Positions 56,301 to 63,503 of a stretch of 64,000 nt of DNA are shown in pieces. The translations under genes and the position numbers were made by a program. The stretch's first letter is position 1, and every line of letters begins with the position of its first letter. The notes under the pieces are model-generated. The model had not been told where the DNA came from and ran no database searches. It worked only from the letters and a program-made list of their open reading frames with translations. Source of the DNA: Armatimonadota bacterium (GTDB lineage: Bacteria > Armatimonadota > UBA5829 > DTJY01); the NCBI GenBank assembly GCA_017993055.1, contig JAGONM010000007.1, positions 50,960 through 114,959 on the forward strand. Direction: 5' to 3'.

Positions 56301-58475
56301 ATCGGTGAGCTGCTTCCAACTAACGCCCGTACCGGGGATCAGGTCGTCGAAGAGCGCAGCCACACGCTTGCGGCTGAAGTGGCTGAAGTAGGATTCCGCA
56401 TAGCTGCTGTCGCCCACGTCGAGAGTGACATAGCCGTTGCCGCCCACATAGAACTGCGTTCGCATATTGCCATAGAGCGATATCTGCGCCCCGCTCGTCA
56501 AAGTCACCAGGGCGGAATCGTCGTCCGCCAGGGTGATCTGCGTTCCGCCCGCCGGGTCGGTCGGCAGTTGGAGTATCTGGCGCGTGCAGAGCGAGTAGTA
56601 CTCGTCCGAGCCGTCCGGCACGAACTGGAGCGACGTGTAAGCAAGATCAAACGGCGCGGTGTCGTAGAGTTCCGTGAAGTGCCCAGACCCTTCCGTGGAC
56701 TTCGGGGTGACTCCGATGCGAAACTCCGCCGTTTCAGTCCCCTGGCCCACGACCCTGAGCCGCAGGGTATAGAGCTGATTTGATACGCCGGTCACATCCC
56801 AGTCCGCCAACTTGCCGCGCACCACCGCAGAGAAGCCGGTCGCGATAGTAGACCAGGAACTCGGCTGATGGCCCGCGCCGTAGTCGAGAGTCCACGATGC
56901 GAGGCCGGGGCCTCGCGCGGTCCCCCATATCGCCACCGTTCCCGAAACCTCTGAGCTGCTGTTTGGCGAACTGACAAACGCTGTCATCGGCTCGGCCGAG
57001 GTGATCGTGCTGTAGGCATTCACTCGGCCGAAACCGCTGTACTTATCGAATCCCGGGGTGCGAACGTCGTCTGCCCGCATCTGAATTGCCTGACGGACCT
57101 GCTCATTTGACCATGTCGGGTGCGCCGCGAGAACCAGACCGGCGAGGCCGGAGACGTGCGGGCAAGCCATTGACGTGCCCGCCATCCGATAGTACTCGCC
57201 GCCGACAACCGCCGTGCCCGGTCCGCATTCGCCGGACAGCGGATCGGTAGTCCCAGCGCGAAGTGAGAGGCAGTTGTGAACCGCGCACGCAGGGGTCGAG
57301 AGGTAGCCGTTTCCACCCGGCGCCGCTACCGACGCCTTGATGCCCCAGTTGGTGAACGGACACGCCTCGTCGCTGGGATCGGTGGCCGTAACTGTTATGA
57401 CGTAGTTGTCGCAGGCCGGATGCTCGGCCGCGAGATCTGTAGCGAAGTTCCCGGCGGCAGCGCAGAGGACGACTCCCTGCGCGTGGGCGTATTCAATCGC
57501 CTCGTGGATGGTCTGGGAAAACCCCTCCCCACCCCAACTCATGTTTATCACATTGGCGCCGGCGTTAGCCGCGTAGATGATCGCCTCGGCGAGGTCGGAG
57601 TCGAAGCCGTTTCCGGAGTTGTCGAGGCCCTTGACGGCCATCAGCTTGCACTGCCAGTTGACGCCCGCAATCCCTATGCCATTGTTCCCAACCGCGCCTA
57701 TCGCGCCGGAAACGTGGGTGCCGTGGCCGTTGCCGTCCATGGGATCATTGTCTTTGTAGGCAAAATCGTACCCGTACACGTCGTCTATACGGCCGTTGCC
57801 TTCGTCGTCGAGACCGTTCGCCGGAACTTCGCCCGGATTGGTCCAGATATTCGCGGCGAGGTCCGAATGCAGGTAGTCTATGCCCGTGTCAACAACGGCG
57901 ATCACTACCGTGGCATCCCCGGTCTCGATGTCCCATGCATCCGGACACTTCATGATCTCCATGTCCCACTGGTCGCGGTAGTTCTGTCCCCAGGAGTTGT
58001 TTGAGAGCCAGTAGGGATCGTTCGGGTCCACCCGCGATGCGCGGCGGATTCGGTCGGGCTCCGCATACTCGACCTCGGCAAGCTTCGAATACTCGAGGGC
58101 GACCTCGACGGGGTCTCTTGCCTCGGACAACTCCAGCAGGTAGGTGCGATCGAGCTTCCGGGCGAGGCCGTTCGGCAGCGGTTTGCCCTCGAAGGCCCGG
58201 CGGAACACGGGACGCATCTGGCTTACGCCGTGCCTCACATTGAGCGCATCCACGGCCGGCATCCTGGTTGAGGCGAAACCCTTCGGACCGCGGGAAACCG
58301 AAGGTGGGGATGAGAACTTGACGATGATCCGGCTGGGAGAGTACTCGGGCTTGGCGATGCCATGACCGGACGCGCCGCCTTTAACCCCGGCAGTGGCGGG
58401 AAGCGCCGCTACCGCCGCAAGCAGCACGAGTGTGAAGAAACACCGAGCCAGTCTGAGTCTTCCCAGCAAGGACAC
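50397..58475 (-). CDS. giant secreted multidomain protein with two propeptide+S8 subtilase units
   Basis: Signal peptide. Unit 1 has an I9-like propeptide and an S8 triad (VVDTGID, HGTHVSG, GTSMACPH). Unit 2 has a second I9-like propeptide and triad (VIDTGVS, SHGTHVAG, GTSMAAPF). Also 2 NIDO-like domains, 4 beta-sandwich modules, 3 Ig-like modules, one unassigned domain and a C-terminal module. GTG start at 58475 (or TTG at 58469). Confidence 0.85.
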   Translation of the reverse strand: MSLLGRLRLARCFFTLVLLAAVAALPATAGVKGGASGHGIAKPEYSPSRIIVKFSSPPSVSRGPKGFASTRMPAVDALNVRHGVSQMRPVFRRAFEGKPLPNGLARKLDRTYLLELSEARDPVEVALEYSKLAEVEYAEPDRIRRASRVDPNDPYWLSNNSWGQNYRDQWDMEIMKCPDAWDIETGDATVVIAVVDTGIDYLHSDLAANIWTNPGEVPANGLDDEGNGRIDDVYGYDFAYKDNDPMDGNGHGTHVSGAIGAVGNNGIGIAGVNWQCKLMAVKGLDNSGNGFDSDLAEAIIYAANAGANVINMSWGGEGFSQTIHEAIEYAHAQGVVLCAAAGNFATDLAAEHPACDNYVITVTATDPSDEACPFTNWGIKASVAAPGGNGYLSTPACAVHNCLSLRAGTTDPLSGECGPGTAVVGGEYYRMAGTSMACPHVSGLAGLVLAAHPTWSNEQVRQAIQMRADDVRTPGFDKYSGFGRVNAYSTITSAEPMTAFVSSPNSSSEVSGTVAIWGTARGPGLASWTLDYGAGHQPSSWSTIATGFSAVVRGKLADWDVTGVSNQLYTLRLRVVGQGTETAEFRIGVTPKSTEGSGHFTELYDTAPFDLAYTSLQFVPDGSDEYYSLCTRQILQLPTDPAGGTQITLADDDSALVTLTSGAQISLYGNMRTQFYVGGNGYVTLDVGDSSYAESYFSHFSRKRVAALFDDLIPGTGVSWKQLTDRVAVTYLNVREYGATTQNTFQIELFFDGRITVSYLNIAASDGLVGLSAGSGVPADFVESDLSGYPKCLLVGRALTIVKPNGGECYEPGTTARIIWSYSGNNWQPSDRVKLEYSPDAGGTWSPIPGAQSVPYNAGFFNWVISGLPQTQQYRVRITFVGDVSVTDESNGDFTVGPDTAPPVIIHTPLGNTANATGPYYVFVEVSDNVGIASAELHWSKNGGPYSSVSMTSAGPGAYYAGIPGPSVVGDGYCYYVEATDSSSSHNVGRLPSQVGQSFCFDVIDQSDYFTQTFSTGELDIENMSIEFTPDGSRSFYAACSHPIDELPTDPTGGAVLPLGDDNYTRVDLQAGELISFYGQTYGSFYVGSNGYITFDSGDSSREVLLQNHFALRRISALFADLYASEDVSWRQLTDRVVVTFLGVREYGTTNSNTFQVELFYNGKITLSYLTLEADRCVVGLSAGNGVPADYVASDLSSYPCGPRLTIVRPDGGELYEPGNTVTIQWTAVGEGWLTGDTVRLQASPDAGANWTQIPGAESLSHKAGSFAWNTSGWPMSSHYRVRVVSNVDPAVSDASDGDFAVALDTVAPVIVHTPLEDTNNTDGPYIVTAVVTDNLGIGTVTLYWKGNGGSYTQVAMTPTGVPSEYAGAVPGPSLNCAGGYCYYIEAADAASTPNVTRSPVTGDYCFEIVGATIGLSQGSLLFELPPGGTDSASVIISNNGCMPLHWSIVERGATSIVAEPSEAFYTAEDRPEVDWSVPHASGRLIVGVRPEVQSAQRADLHARAGAKVVHSFKLVSADLVEVDAGVDLRQVAAKYAAMPGVAFVEPDYIVSVESIPDDPMFGSQWGMNNTGQSGGIEDSDVDAPEAWGIYTGGRDVVVAVIDTGVSYTHPDLAANMWVNMGEIPGNGIDDDGNGFADDVHGYDFRNNDSNPADDNSHGTHVAGILGAVGGNSTGVAGVNWSTRIMALKFAGSSGSGQTSDAIECIEYASRMGARLSCNSWGGGAYSQALVDAIAAAGNLGQLFVACAGNVGVDTDTAPYYPASYSLSNIISVAASDHNDDLAQWPSGGGSNWGLNTVDLAAPGLAVLSTVLNDGYGNKDGTSMAAPFVAGACALLKSANPDATCGQIKQWILDGVDEKPALAGKMLTGGRLNLHRSLLLAGVSWLDVSPKSGTVQPGGSEQITVSVDAAGLSDRFSETGKIALISNDYAVPVFVMPVTLSVVESGRFLRMDSPNGGEWYEAGTLVTVNWTPLGTDWQESDQVRLEYSSNAGSDWVVIPGAQNLNGVSGSFQWNTSGLPSSAGYLVRVVFPPNEGISDVSNATFTVAPDTVPPVISHSPLVDSEDLTGPYTVYAGVTDNYAVGSVTLYWKKNDGRFTAVAMSSTDLPDQYSGQIPGPSQDGDRYCYYIRAADASAAANTSVEPGGAPTQLRCFTVRSLVTLPFVLTDGDGFRWDIQQNGSISDGTSDAFDGGYVLSGFPNVSVAGIENDVREVVVDSGATTGVKVTRKIYVPSDRAYCRYLEIVTNLGDSPINHTVRIDTNLGSDNLTVIAGTSSGDSIFDVSDRWIVTDDADGVNDPSVTHVIAGPGAAVSPNVVSYTMGFVGYGYELPLAPYQTRIIMHFGAQGHSRSASLARAEQLSLLNAAQNCLAGMTLGERSQVANFIASGAALRLDAPNGDEIYRMGDPVPILWTALGPDWTQGDTVRIECSPNGGSAWADVLGASALPYNSGSFNWNTAGLPASAEYRIRISRNGAVPAGDESDGVFTIAVSGSTRACKLQSDGVPVSLDARRVSAVFAGIFYVQEEDRSCGIGVLWSGPMPSIGDLAAVRGVMVTVDGERIVEASAVIPNDPDSLVPIPIGVFERQLGGGGLGYNVGPPPVGQRGIAGKDGLNNIGLLVKTWGRVDTVDPSPTPGFFILAHGFDRIRVDLPAGALPPTLGADVSVVGVSSCYFVGDELHPKIRLRSSGDLVVL

Positions 58476-58793
58476 ACCTCATCTCGGAACGGAACGTACC
58501 CGCGCGTGAACCGCCAGATCACGCGTTCTCGAACCTGCAGGTCGGTGCCCGTGCCGCAGAGAGGGTCAACATCGTGAGCCGAATATGATTGCAGGCTGCC
58601 GCATAAGGACTATGATAGCTACGAGCGCAACGAGGTATCCCTCACGCGCGGAACGGACACACCCTGCTTTTATGACGGGCTGAGAGTCGCAAAGGTTCTA
58701 CAAATCGCCATATTTGTGGCTGTTTTCTTCCCAGTATTTAGTATCGGCAGACGCGAGGCGGCACTGCAGAGGACGCCCGGTCACCGGCGAAGT

Positions 58794-61112
58794 TCATCTC
58801 GATACGGAGAGGAGCAAGGCGAGGTCTATGAACTGGCCGCCGGTATCCTGGTGGGTATGGGCCGCAATGGTGTTCGTCCCCTGCCTGAGGACATCTTTGA
58901 TCGTCTTCATCACGTTGAAGCCGGAGTAGCGGTCGTTCCAGCCCGTGCCGTGCCAGACACGCTTCCCGTTGATGTAGACCTCGGTCTTGTTGTCGTAGTG
59001 GGCGACGAGCATCGCGCTGTCGAACGGCTTGCCGTCGTACTCGAACGTCTGACGAAGCCAGATGTCCGGCGCCGCCCAGGCAGTGCGGATCGCCCACTCC
59101 CATCCGCCCTTGGAGCCGAACCCGCCGAGGCCGGACTTCCAGGCGGAGTCGTCGAATCCGGGCTCGTCCCAGTCGTCGGCCGGCTCATCGAACGTGTATC
59201 GCCACGCCTTAGCCACGCCCTTGTCTACGCACGCGCCGACGACCACGCGCCAGTCGGATGCCGGCTGGGCCCCGAGCGTCTTGGCCGTCTCCCAATGGGA
59301 GTGCGTCTCGATGTACGCCGGGCGGGCGGTGATGTCGTGGATGCGCTTCACGTCGAACTTCGGCACGCGCTCGTAGGTGTAGAGGCCGTTCTGCTCCTGC
59401 TCGACGTCGGTGAGCTGCGTGTAGCAGAAACCGAACTGCGACGGGCTGTCGAGCAGCGCATCGCAGAGCCCCTTGTAGCGGGCATAGAACTCCTCCTTGT
59501 CCTTAGGAGCCGCTCCATAGCCCCATCCGCCCGTGACGCTCCAGCCGATGCCCCCGAACTCGCTGACCATGAACGGGACGTTCGCCCTGATCTCCGGGCC
59601 GCCGTATCTCGCCGGGAGCACCATGTTCGGCGCGAAGTTGTCGTTGTACCGGGCCTTCATCGCCTCGGGGTTCTGCTCGTAGTCGTGCGTGTCGAGAACA
59701 TCCGGCTCGGCGAGGCTGTGGACGTAGCCGCTGGTGTCAAGCACCGGGCGCCCGGGGTCGGCCAGGCGGGTGGCGGCGATCACGGCGTTCTGCAGGTCAC
59801 CCGCCGCTCCGGTAGTCTCGTTGAGCGGGCACCAGCCGACGACGCTGGGATGATTCCTGTCGCGCCGCACGATCTCGGTCCACTCCTCGAGGAACGGCAG
59901 GTTGACGCTCGGGTTCGTGTAGTCTATGCCCCAACTCGGGAACTCGCCCCAGAGCAGGTAGCCCATTTTGTCGGCCCAGTAGAGATATCGCGGCTCGAAG
60001 ACCTTCTGGTGGAGGCGCGCACCGTTGAAGCCGGCCGCCTGCGACAGCTCGATGTCGTGCTTGAGCGCCTCGTCGGTCGGGGCGGTCCAGATTCCATCGG
60101 GGTAGAAGCCCTGGTCGAGGATCAGCCGCTGAAAGACGGGCTTGCGGTTGATATTGATGACCGTCCCCAGGATAGAGACGTCGCGGAGGCCGAAGTACGA
60201 CTTGACCTCGTCTACGACCTTCCCGTTGAGGGTGATGACGAGCCTCAGGTCATAGAGGAACGGGTCCTCCGGAGACCAGGGGCGCGGGTTGGGGATGCTC
60301 AGCACGAGATGGGCGCTTCGCCACTCGGCTTTGACTTGATCGACCCCGACGACCTTCCCGTCCGCCGATGCGACCGCCTTGATCGCCATGTCGGCCCACC
60401 AGCCGTCGATCTCCGGCCGGATGATGACCCTGCCGCGGCCCGGATCGGTCTCGATCGTGAAATCCTTGATATATGTGGAGCCGACCCCCTCGAGCCAGAC
60501 CGTCTGCCAGATGCCGGTCGTGCGCGTGTAGACGCATCCCGCGCTCTGCTCGGAGTGGGCCTGCTTGCCTGTGGGCTGGAGGCCGCTCCGGGTGTCGTCG
60601 AAGGCATGGACGGTGACGGTGTTCTGTCCCCGCTGAAGCTGCTTCGTGATCTCGAAGGTGATCGGCGCGCTTCCGCCCCGGTGCTTGCCCAAGAGTTCGC
60701 CGTTCATCCAGACGGTTGTCTCGTAGTCGCACGCACCGATGTGGAGGAGCGTCCGCTTCGACTTCCAGGTCGTGGGCAGATCGAAGGTCCGGCGGTACCA
60801 GACGTTCTTGACGAATCCCGTGCGCCCGAGGCCCGAGAGCTTGCTCTCCCGGCAGAACGGGACGATGATCTTGTCGGGATACGGCTTGTCGGTGAGGAAT
60901 CCCTGGTCGGCGACCTCTCCGTTGCGGGGAGGGCTGGGGAGCAGTCTTCCGTCGGACTCGGCGAACTCCCACGTGCCGTTGAGGTTCATCCACTCGCCCC
61001 GCACGGCCATCGGGTTCGGATGCTCCGGGCGCGGGATGTCGGCGCAGGCGGCGCTCGCAAGGATTGCACAGACGATGATTGCCGGGAACAGACGGTTCAT
61101 GTTGGACCTCAC
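58794..61112 (-). CDS. glycoside hydrolase family 2-like protein (secreted)
   Basis: Signal peptide, a sugar-binding jelly roll (NLNGTWEF), an Ig-like domain and a TIM barrel with NGARLHQKV...EFPSWG and VVGWCPLNE (acid/base NE). Extra C-terminal beta-domains are present. Confidence 0.75.
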   Translation of the reverse strand: MRSNMNRLFPAIIVCAILASAACADIPRPEHPNPMAVRGEWMNLNGTWEFAESDGRLLPSPPRNGEVADQGFLTDKPYPDKIIVPFCRESKLSGLGRTGFVKNVWYRRTFDLPTTWKSKRTLLHIGACDYETTVWMNGELLGKHRGGSAPITFEITKQLQRGQNTVTVHAFDDTRSGLQPTGKQAHSEQSAGCVYTRTTGIWQTVWLEGVGSTYIKDFTIETDPGRGRVIIRPEIDGWWADMAIKAVASADGKVVGVDQVKAEWRSAHLVLSIPNPRPWSPEDPFLYDLRLVITLNGKVVDEVKSYFGLRDVSILGTVININRKPVFQRLILDQGFYPDGIWTAPTDEALKHDIELSQAAGFNGARLHQKVFEPRYLYWADKMGYLLWGEFPSWGIDYTNPSVNLPFLEEWTEIVRRDRNHPSVVGWCPLNETTGAAGDLQNAVIAATRLADPGRPVLDTSGYVHSLAEPDVLDTHDYEQNPEAMKARYNDNFAPNMVLPARYGGPEIRANVPFMVSEFGGIGWSVTGGWGYGAAPKDKEEFYARYKGLCDALLDSPSQFGFCYTQLTDVEQEQNGLYTYERVPKFDVKRIHDITARPAYIETHSHWETAKTLGAQPASDWRVVVGACVDKGVAKAWRYTFDEPADDWDEPGFDDSAWKSGLGGFGSKGGWEWAIRTAWAAPDIWLRQTFEYDGKPFDSAMLVAHYDNKTEVYINGKRVWHGTGWNDRYSGFNVMKTIKDVLRQGTNTIAAHTHQDTGGQFIDLALLLSVSR

Positions 61113-61243
61113 CGGAGATAGTCGCGTATCTGTTCACGAAAGCGGCGTGCGTATCCTCCGCCGGGTGACCGACAAGGAACTGAGGAAACGAACAAACGAA
61201 TCATCTATCGCCCACCACCAGTTCGATAATCCGTTGTCGTTAC

Positions 61244-63421
61244 TTACCATCCGAACACGACAAACCTTCCACTCCTCGGCGGGAGGGTGAGGTGGAGGGT
61301 GGTCGTGCCGTTCTTCTTCGCGGCTTCGGCGTGGGAGGTCTCGCCGGTGAGGGGATTCCAAACCTCCGCTTTGCCTGATGCGCGGAAGGCGAAGTCGCCG
61401 GTGACGGGGTCGGCCGAGTTGTTGACCAGGAAGAAGATGTCGCCATCGGGCAGGATTCGATGCTGGTAGTAGACGTCCGGCGTGGATGCTGAATCGAGTT
61501 CAGCATGACGGTCCACCGACGGCGTGACCACCAGGTCGGGAGTGCCGCTCGACCGGAGGGCCTCGCGGAATGAGCGCATCGTCTCGGTGTGGATGACTCC
61601 CTTGCGCTCCCAGAGGTCATCTACCAGCGCGCGATGCTCATCCGATGGGCCGGCGTCGGCGCGGGTGTACGGGAGCGTCTCGTAGGAGATCACAGTACCG
61701 CCAGCGGCGACGAACCGCTCGATCTGCTTGAGGGTTGCGAACTCGAGCGTCGTGACGTGGGGGAGCATGAGGACCGAGTAGCTATTCTTCCCGATCACCA
61801 GCTTGCCACCCAAGACCTTCGCGCGCCGGACCGCATCCTCATCGAGGTAGTCAAAATCCCGCTGGCAGGCAAGCACCTCCGAGGAGATCGCGCGCCAGGC
61901 GTCGTCCACATCCTTCGCCCTGGGGTTGTCGTCGAGGAAGTGGACGTGGCGGTTCGTCGGCTTGAAGTCGGCCCACACGGAGGCGATCGGGTAGAGGACC
62001 GCCACATCCGCCGTGAACCGTCCCTGCGTGAGCATGTAGCTCAGGCGGCCGGTGTAGTCGTTCAGCAGGCGGAATGACTTCGGGGGATATTGGTCGTTGA
62101 TGCTCAAAGTCGTGAAGCTGTTGATCCCGAGCACCTCCTGCCAGGCTATGTGCGCGAGGAGGTCCTCGATCGGCGTCTTGCCGGTCACGAAGCAGAACGA
62201 CTCGGACATCGTGCGCTTCTTGTCATAGATATGCGCGGCCGAGCCGATCAGCTTCGGGGTGACCGGCCCGCCTTCGACGTGCGAGCCGGATGTGTGCCCG
62301 TAGTCCGCGCCGAGCACGTCGATCCCCGGCCATTCAAGTTCCCGCAACGAGGGGAAGACGCTGCCGTAGAAGTTGGCATGGAAGATCAGCGACCCCTCCC
62401 ACAGCAGATGGCCGGTGGACGCGACCTTGTGCGCCTCGCACCATTCGCGGACCTGCTCGAAGAACGACGCCGCGACCTGCTCTGAGATCATCGAGTACCA
62501 GTCGCACCGCTTACGGGCGGTATCCGCGCCGACGTTGTTGAAGAGCGCGGGGAGGCACTCCCGGATGTCGTAGCCGGTCCGCTTGAGGAAGATCTCCGGC
62601 AGGCCGTGATACCATGCCAGCGCGGGATGCGGCTGCGTATCGTCGGTGAGGAAGCCGCTCATGAGCGAGACCTCGTCGTTGAAGACGGCCTTGATGGTCT
62701 TTCCGAAATCCGGGCCGCAGTGGGCATAAAAAGCATCGTGGGTGATCTCCATGAACCGCTTGACCGCATCGGGATCGAGGATGTTGACGTAAGGCCCGAA
62801 TGCGATCGAGGCGTGCGTGCCCTCCCGCAGGCGGTTCTGGACGAACGCGATCAGCCGCCACGTGCCGGGCTGGAGTTCGATCTTGAGGATACCGTCCTGG
62901 ACTTTGTCGGTCAGGTCGGTCGGCTGCCCGACGATTCGCCCGTTCCAGTCGAGATCGCAGAGCGCGATGTAGAACGGCGTGCCTTCGGGGACGCGCCACT
63001 CGAACGGCTGCGCCTTCTTGATCGGAACGTCGGTGGAGTCGTAGAAGAGCCCCTGGGCCTCGTACTCGGGATGGCCCTCCAGGACGTGTCCGCCCGCTCG
63101 TCCGCTGGGATAGCCCCATTCGTCGTAGATCCAGACGTTCAGCCCGCGCTCTTTGCACGCCTTGACCGCCGCCGTGTACTGATCCCAGCCCGCCTCGTCG
63201 CGGAGGTATCCCGGGCCGCCGTTTGGATAGCCGAAATGCGCGCCGCCCCATCCGCCCTCGACGAGCTTGTCGGCGAACTCCGTCGGTTTGGCGTAGTCGA
63301 ACTCCATCGGGAGTGCGCGGTAGTCGTTCCCCGGGTTGGCGAACCCGGTCCTCAGGGTGTCCATGGTCCCTCCGTGCGCGGCTGATATGGCGAGTAGTGC
63401 GATGATCAGGGTGATGCGCAT
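61244..63421 (-). CDS. secreted glycoside-hydrolase-like protein (possibly GH106/rhamnosidase-like)
   Basis: Signal peptide. N-terminal FANPGNDYRALPM...GGWGG...YDEWGYPSG resembles the start of GH106-type enzymes. Assignment is weak. Confidence 0.45.
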   Translation of the reverse strand: MRITLIIALLAISAAHGGTMDTLRTGFANPGNDYRALPMEFDYAKPTEFADKLVEGGWGGAHFGYPNGGPGYLRDEAGWDQYTAAVKACKERGLNVWIYDEWGYPSGRAGGHVLEGHPEYEAQGLFYDSTDVPIKKAQPFEWRVPEGTPFYIALCDLDWNGRIVGQPTDLTDKVQDGILKIELQPGTWRLIAFVQNRLREGTHASIAFGPYVNILDPDAVKRFMEITHDAFYAHCGPDFGKTIKAVFNDEVSLMSGFLTDDTQPHPALAWYHGLPEIFLKRTGYDIRECLPALFNNVGADTARKRCDWYSMISEQVAASFFEQVREWCEAHKVASTGHLLWEGSLIFHANFYGSVFPSLRELEWPGIDVLGADYGHTSGSHVEGGPVTPKLIGSAAHIYDKKRTMSESFCFVTGKTPIEDLLAHIAWQEVLGINSFTTLSINDQYPPKSFRLLNDYTGRLSYMLTQGRFTADVAVLYPIASVWADFKPTNRHVHFLDDNPRAKDVDDAWRAISSEVLACQRDFDYLDEDAVRRAKVLGGKLVIGKNSYSVLMLPHVTTLEFATLKQIERFVAAGGTVISYETLPYTRADAGPSDEHRALVDDLWERKGVIHTETMRSFREALRSSGTPDLVVTPSVDRHAELDSASTPDVYYQHRILPDGDIFFLVNNSADPVTGDFAFRASGKAEVWNPLTGETSHAEAAKKNGTTTLHLTLPPRSGRFVVFGW

Positions 63422-63442
63422 GTGTTCCTCTCAGCGGATCGG

Positions 63443-63478
63443 GCGTCGGACGCGTCAGACCTGTCAGACCGGTCGGAC
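63443..63478. repeat. phased 9-bp GTCNGAC array, 4 units
   Basis: Plus strand reads gcGTCGGAC gcGTCAGAC ctGTCAGAC cgGTCGGAC. The coding (minus) strand reads GTCCGACCG GTCTGACAG GTCTGACGC GTCCGACGC, 21 nt upstream of the ATG at 63421. Confidence 0.75.
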
Positions 63479-63482
63479 CTCC

Positions 63483-63502
63483 GGCGGGCGTAGAAGCCCG
63501 CC
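63483..63502 (-). terminator. GC stem-loop immediately after the proA-like stop (no U-tract)
   Basis: ggcgggc (63483-63489) pairs with gcccgcc (63496-63502), with a 6-nt loop. The stop codon is at 63504-63506. Confidence 0.35.
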
Positions 63503-63503
63503 C

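Noticed and set aside
58716-61121. 801-aa plus-strand ORF antisense to the GH2 gene
   Set aside because: Same reasoning. The minus-strand frame carries GH2 motifs (NGARLH, WCPLNE) and a signal peptide, while the plus frame is low-complexity Arg/Val/Asp/Gly-rich.
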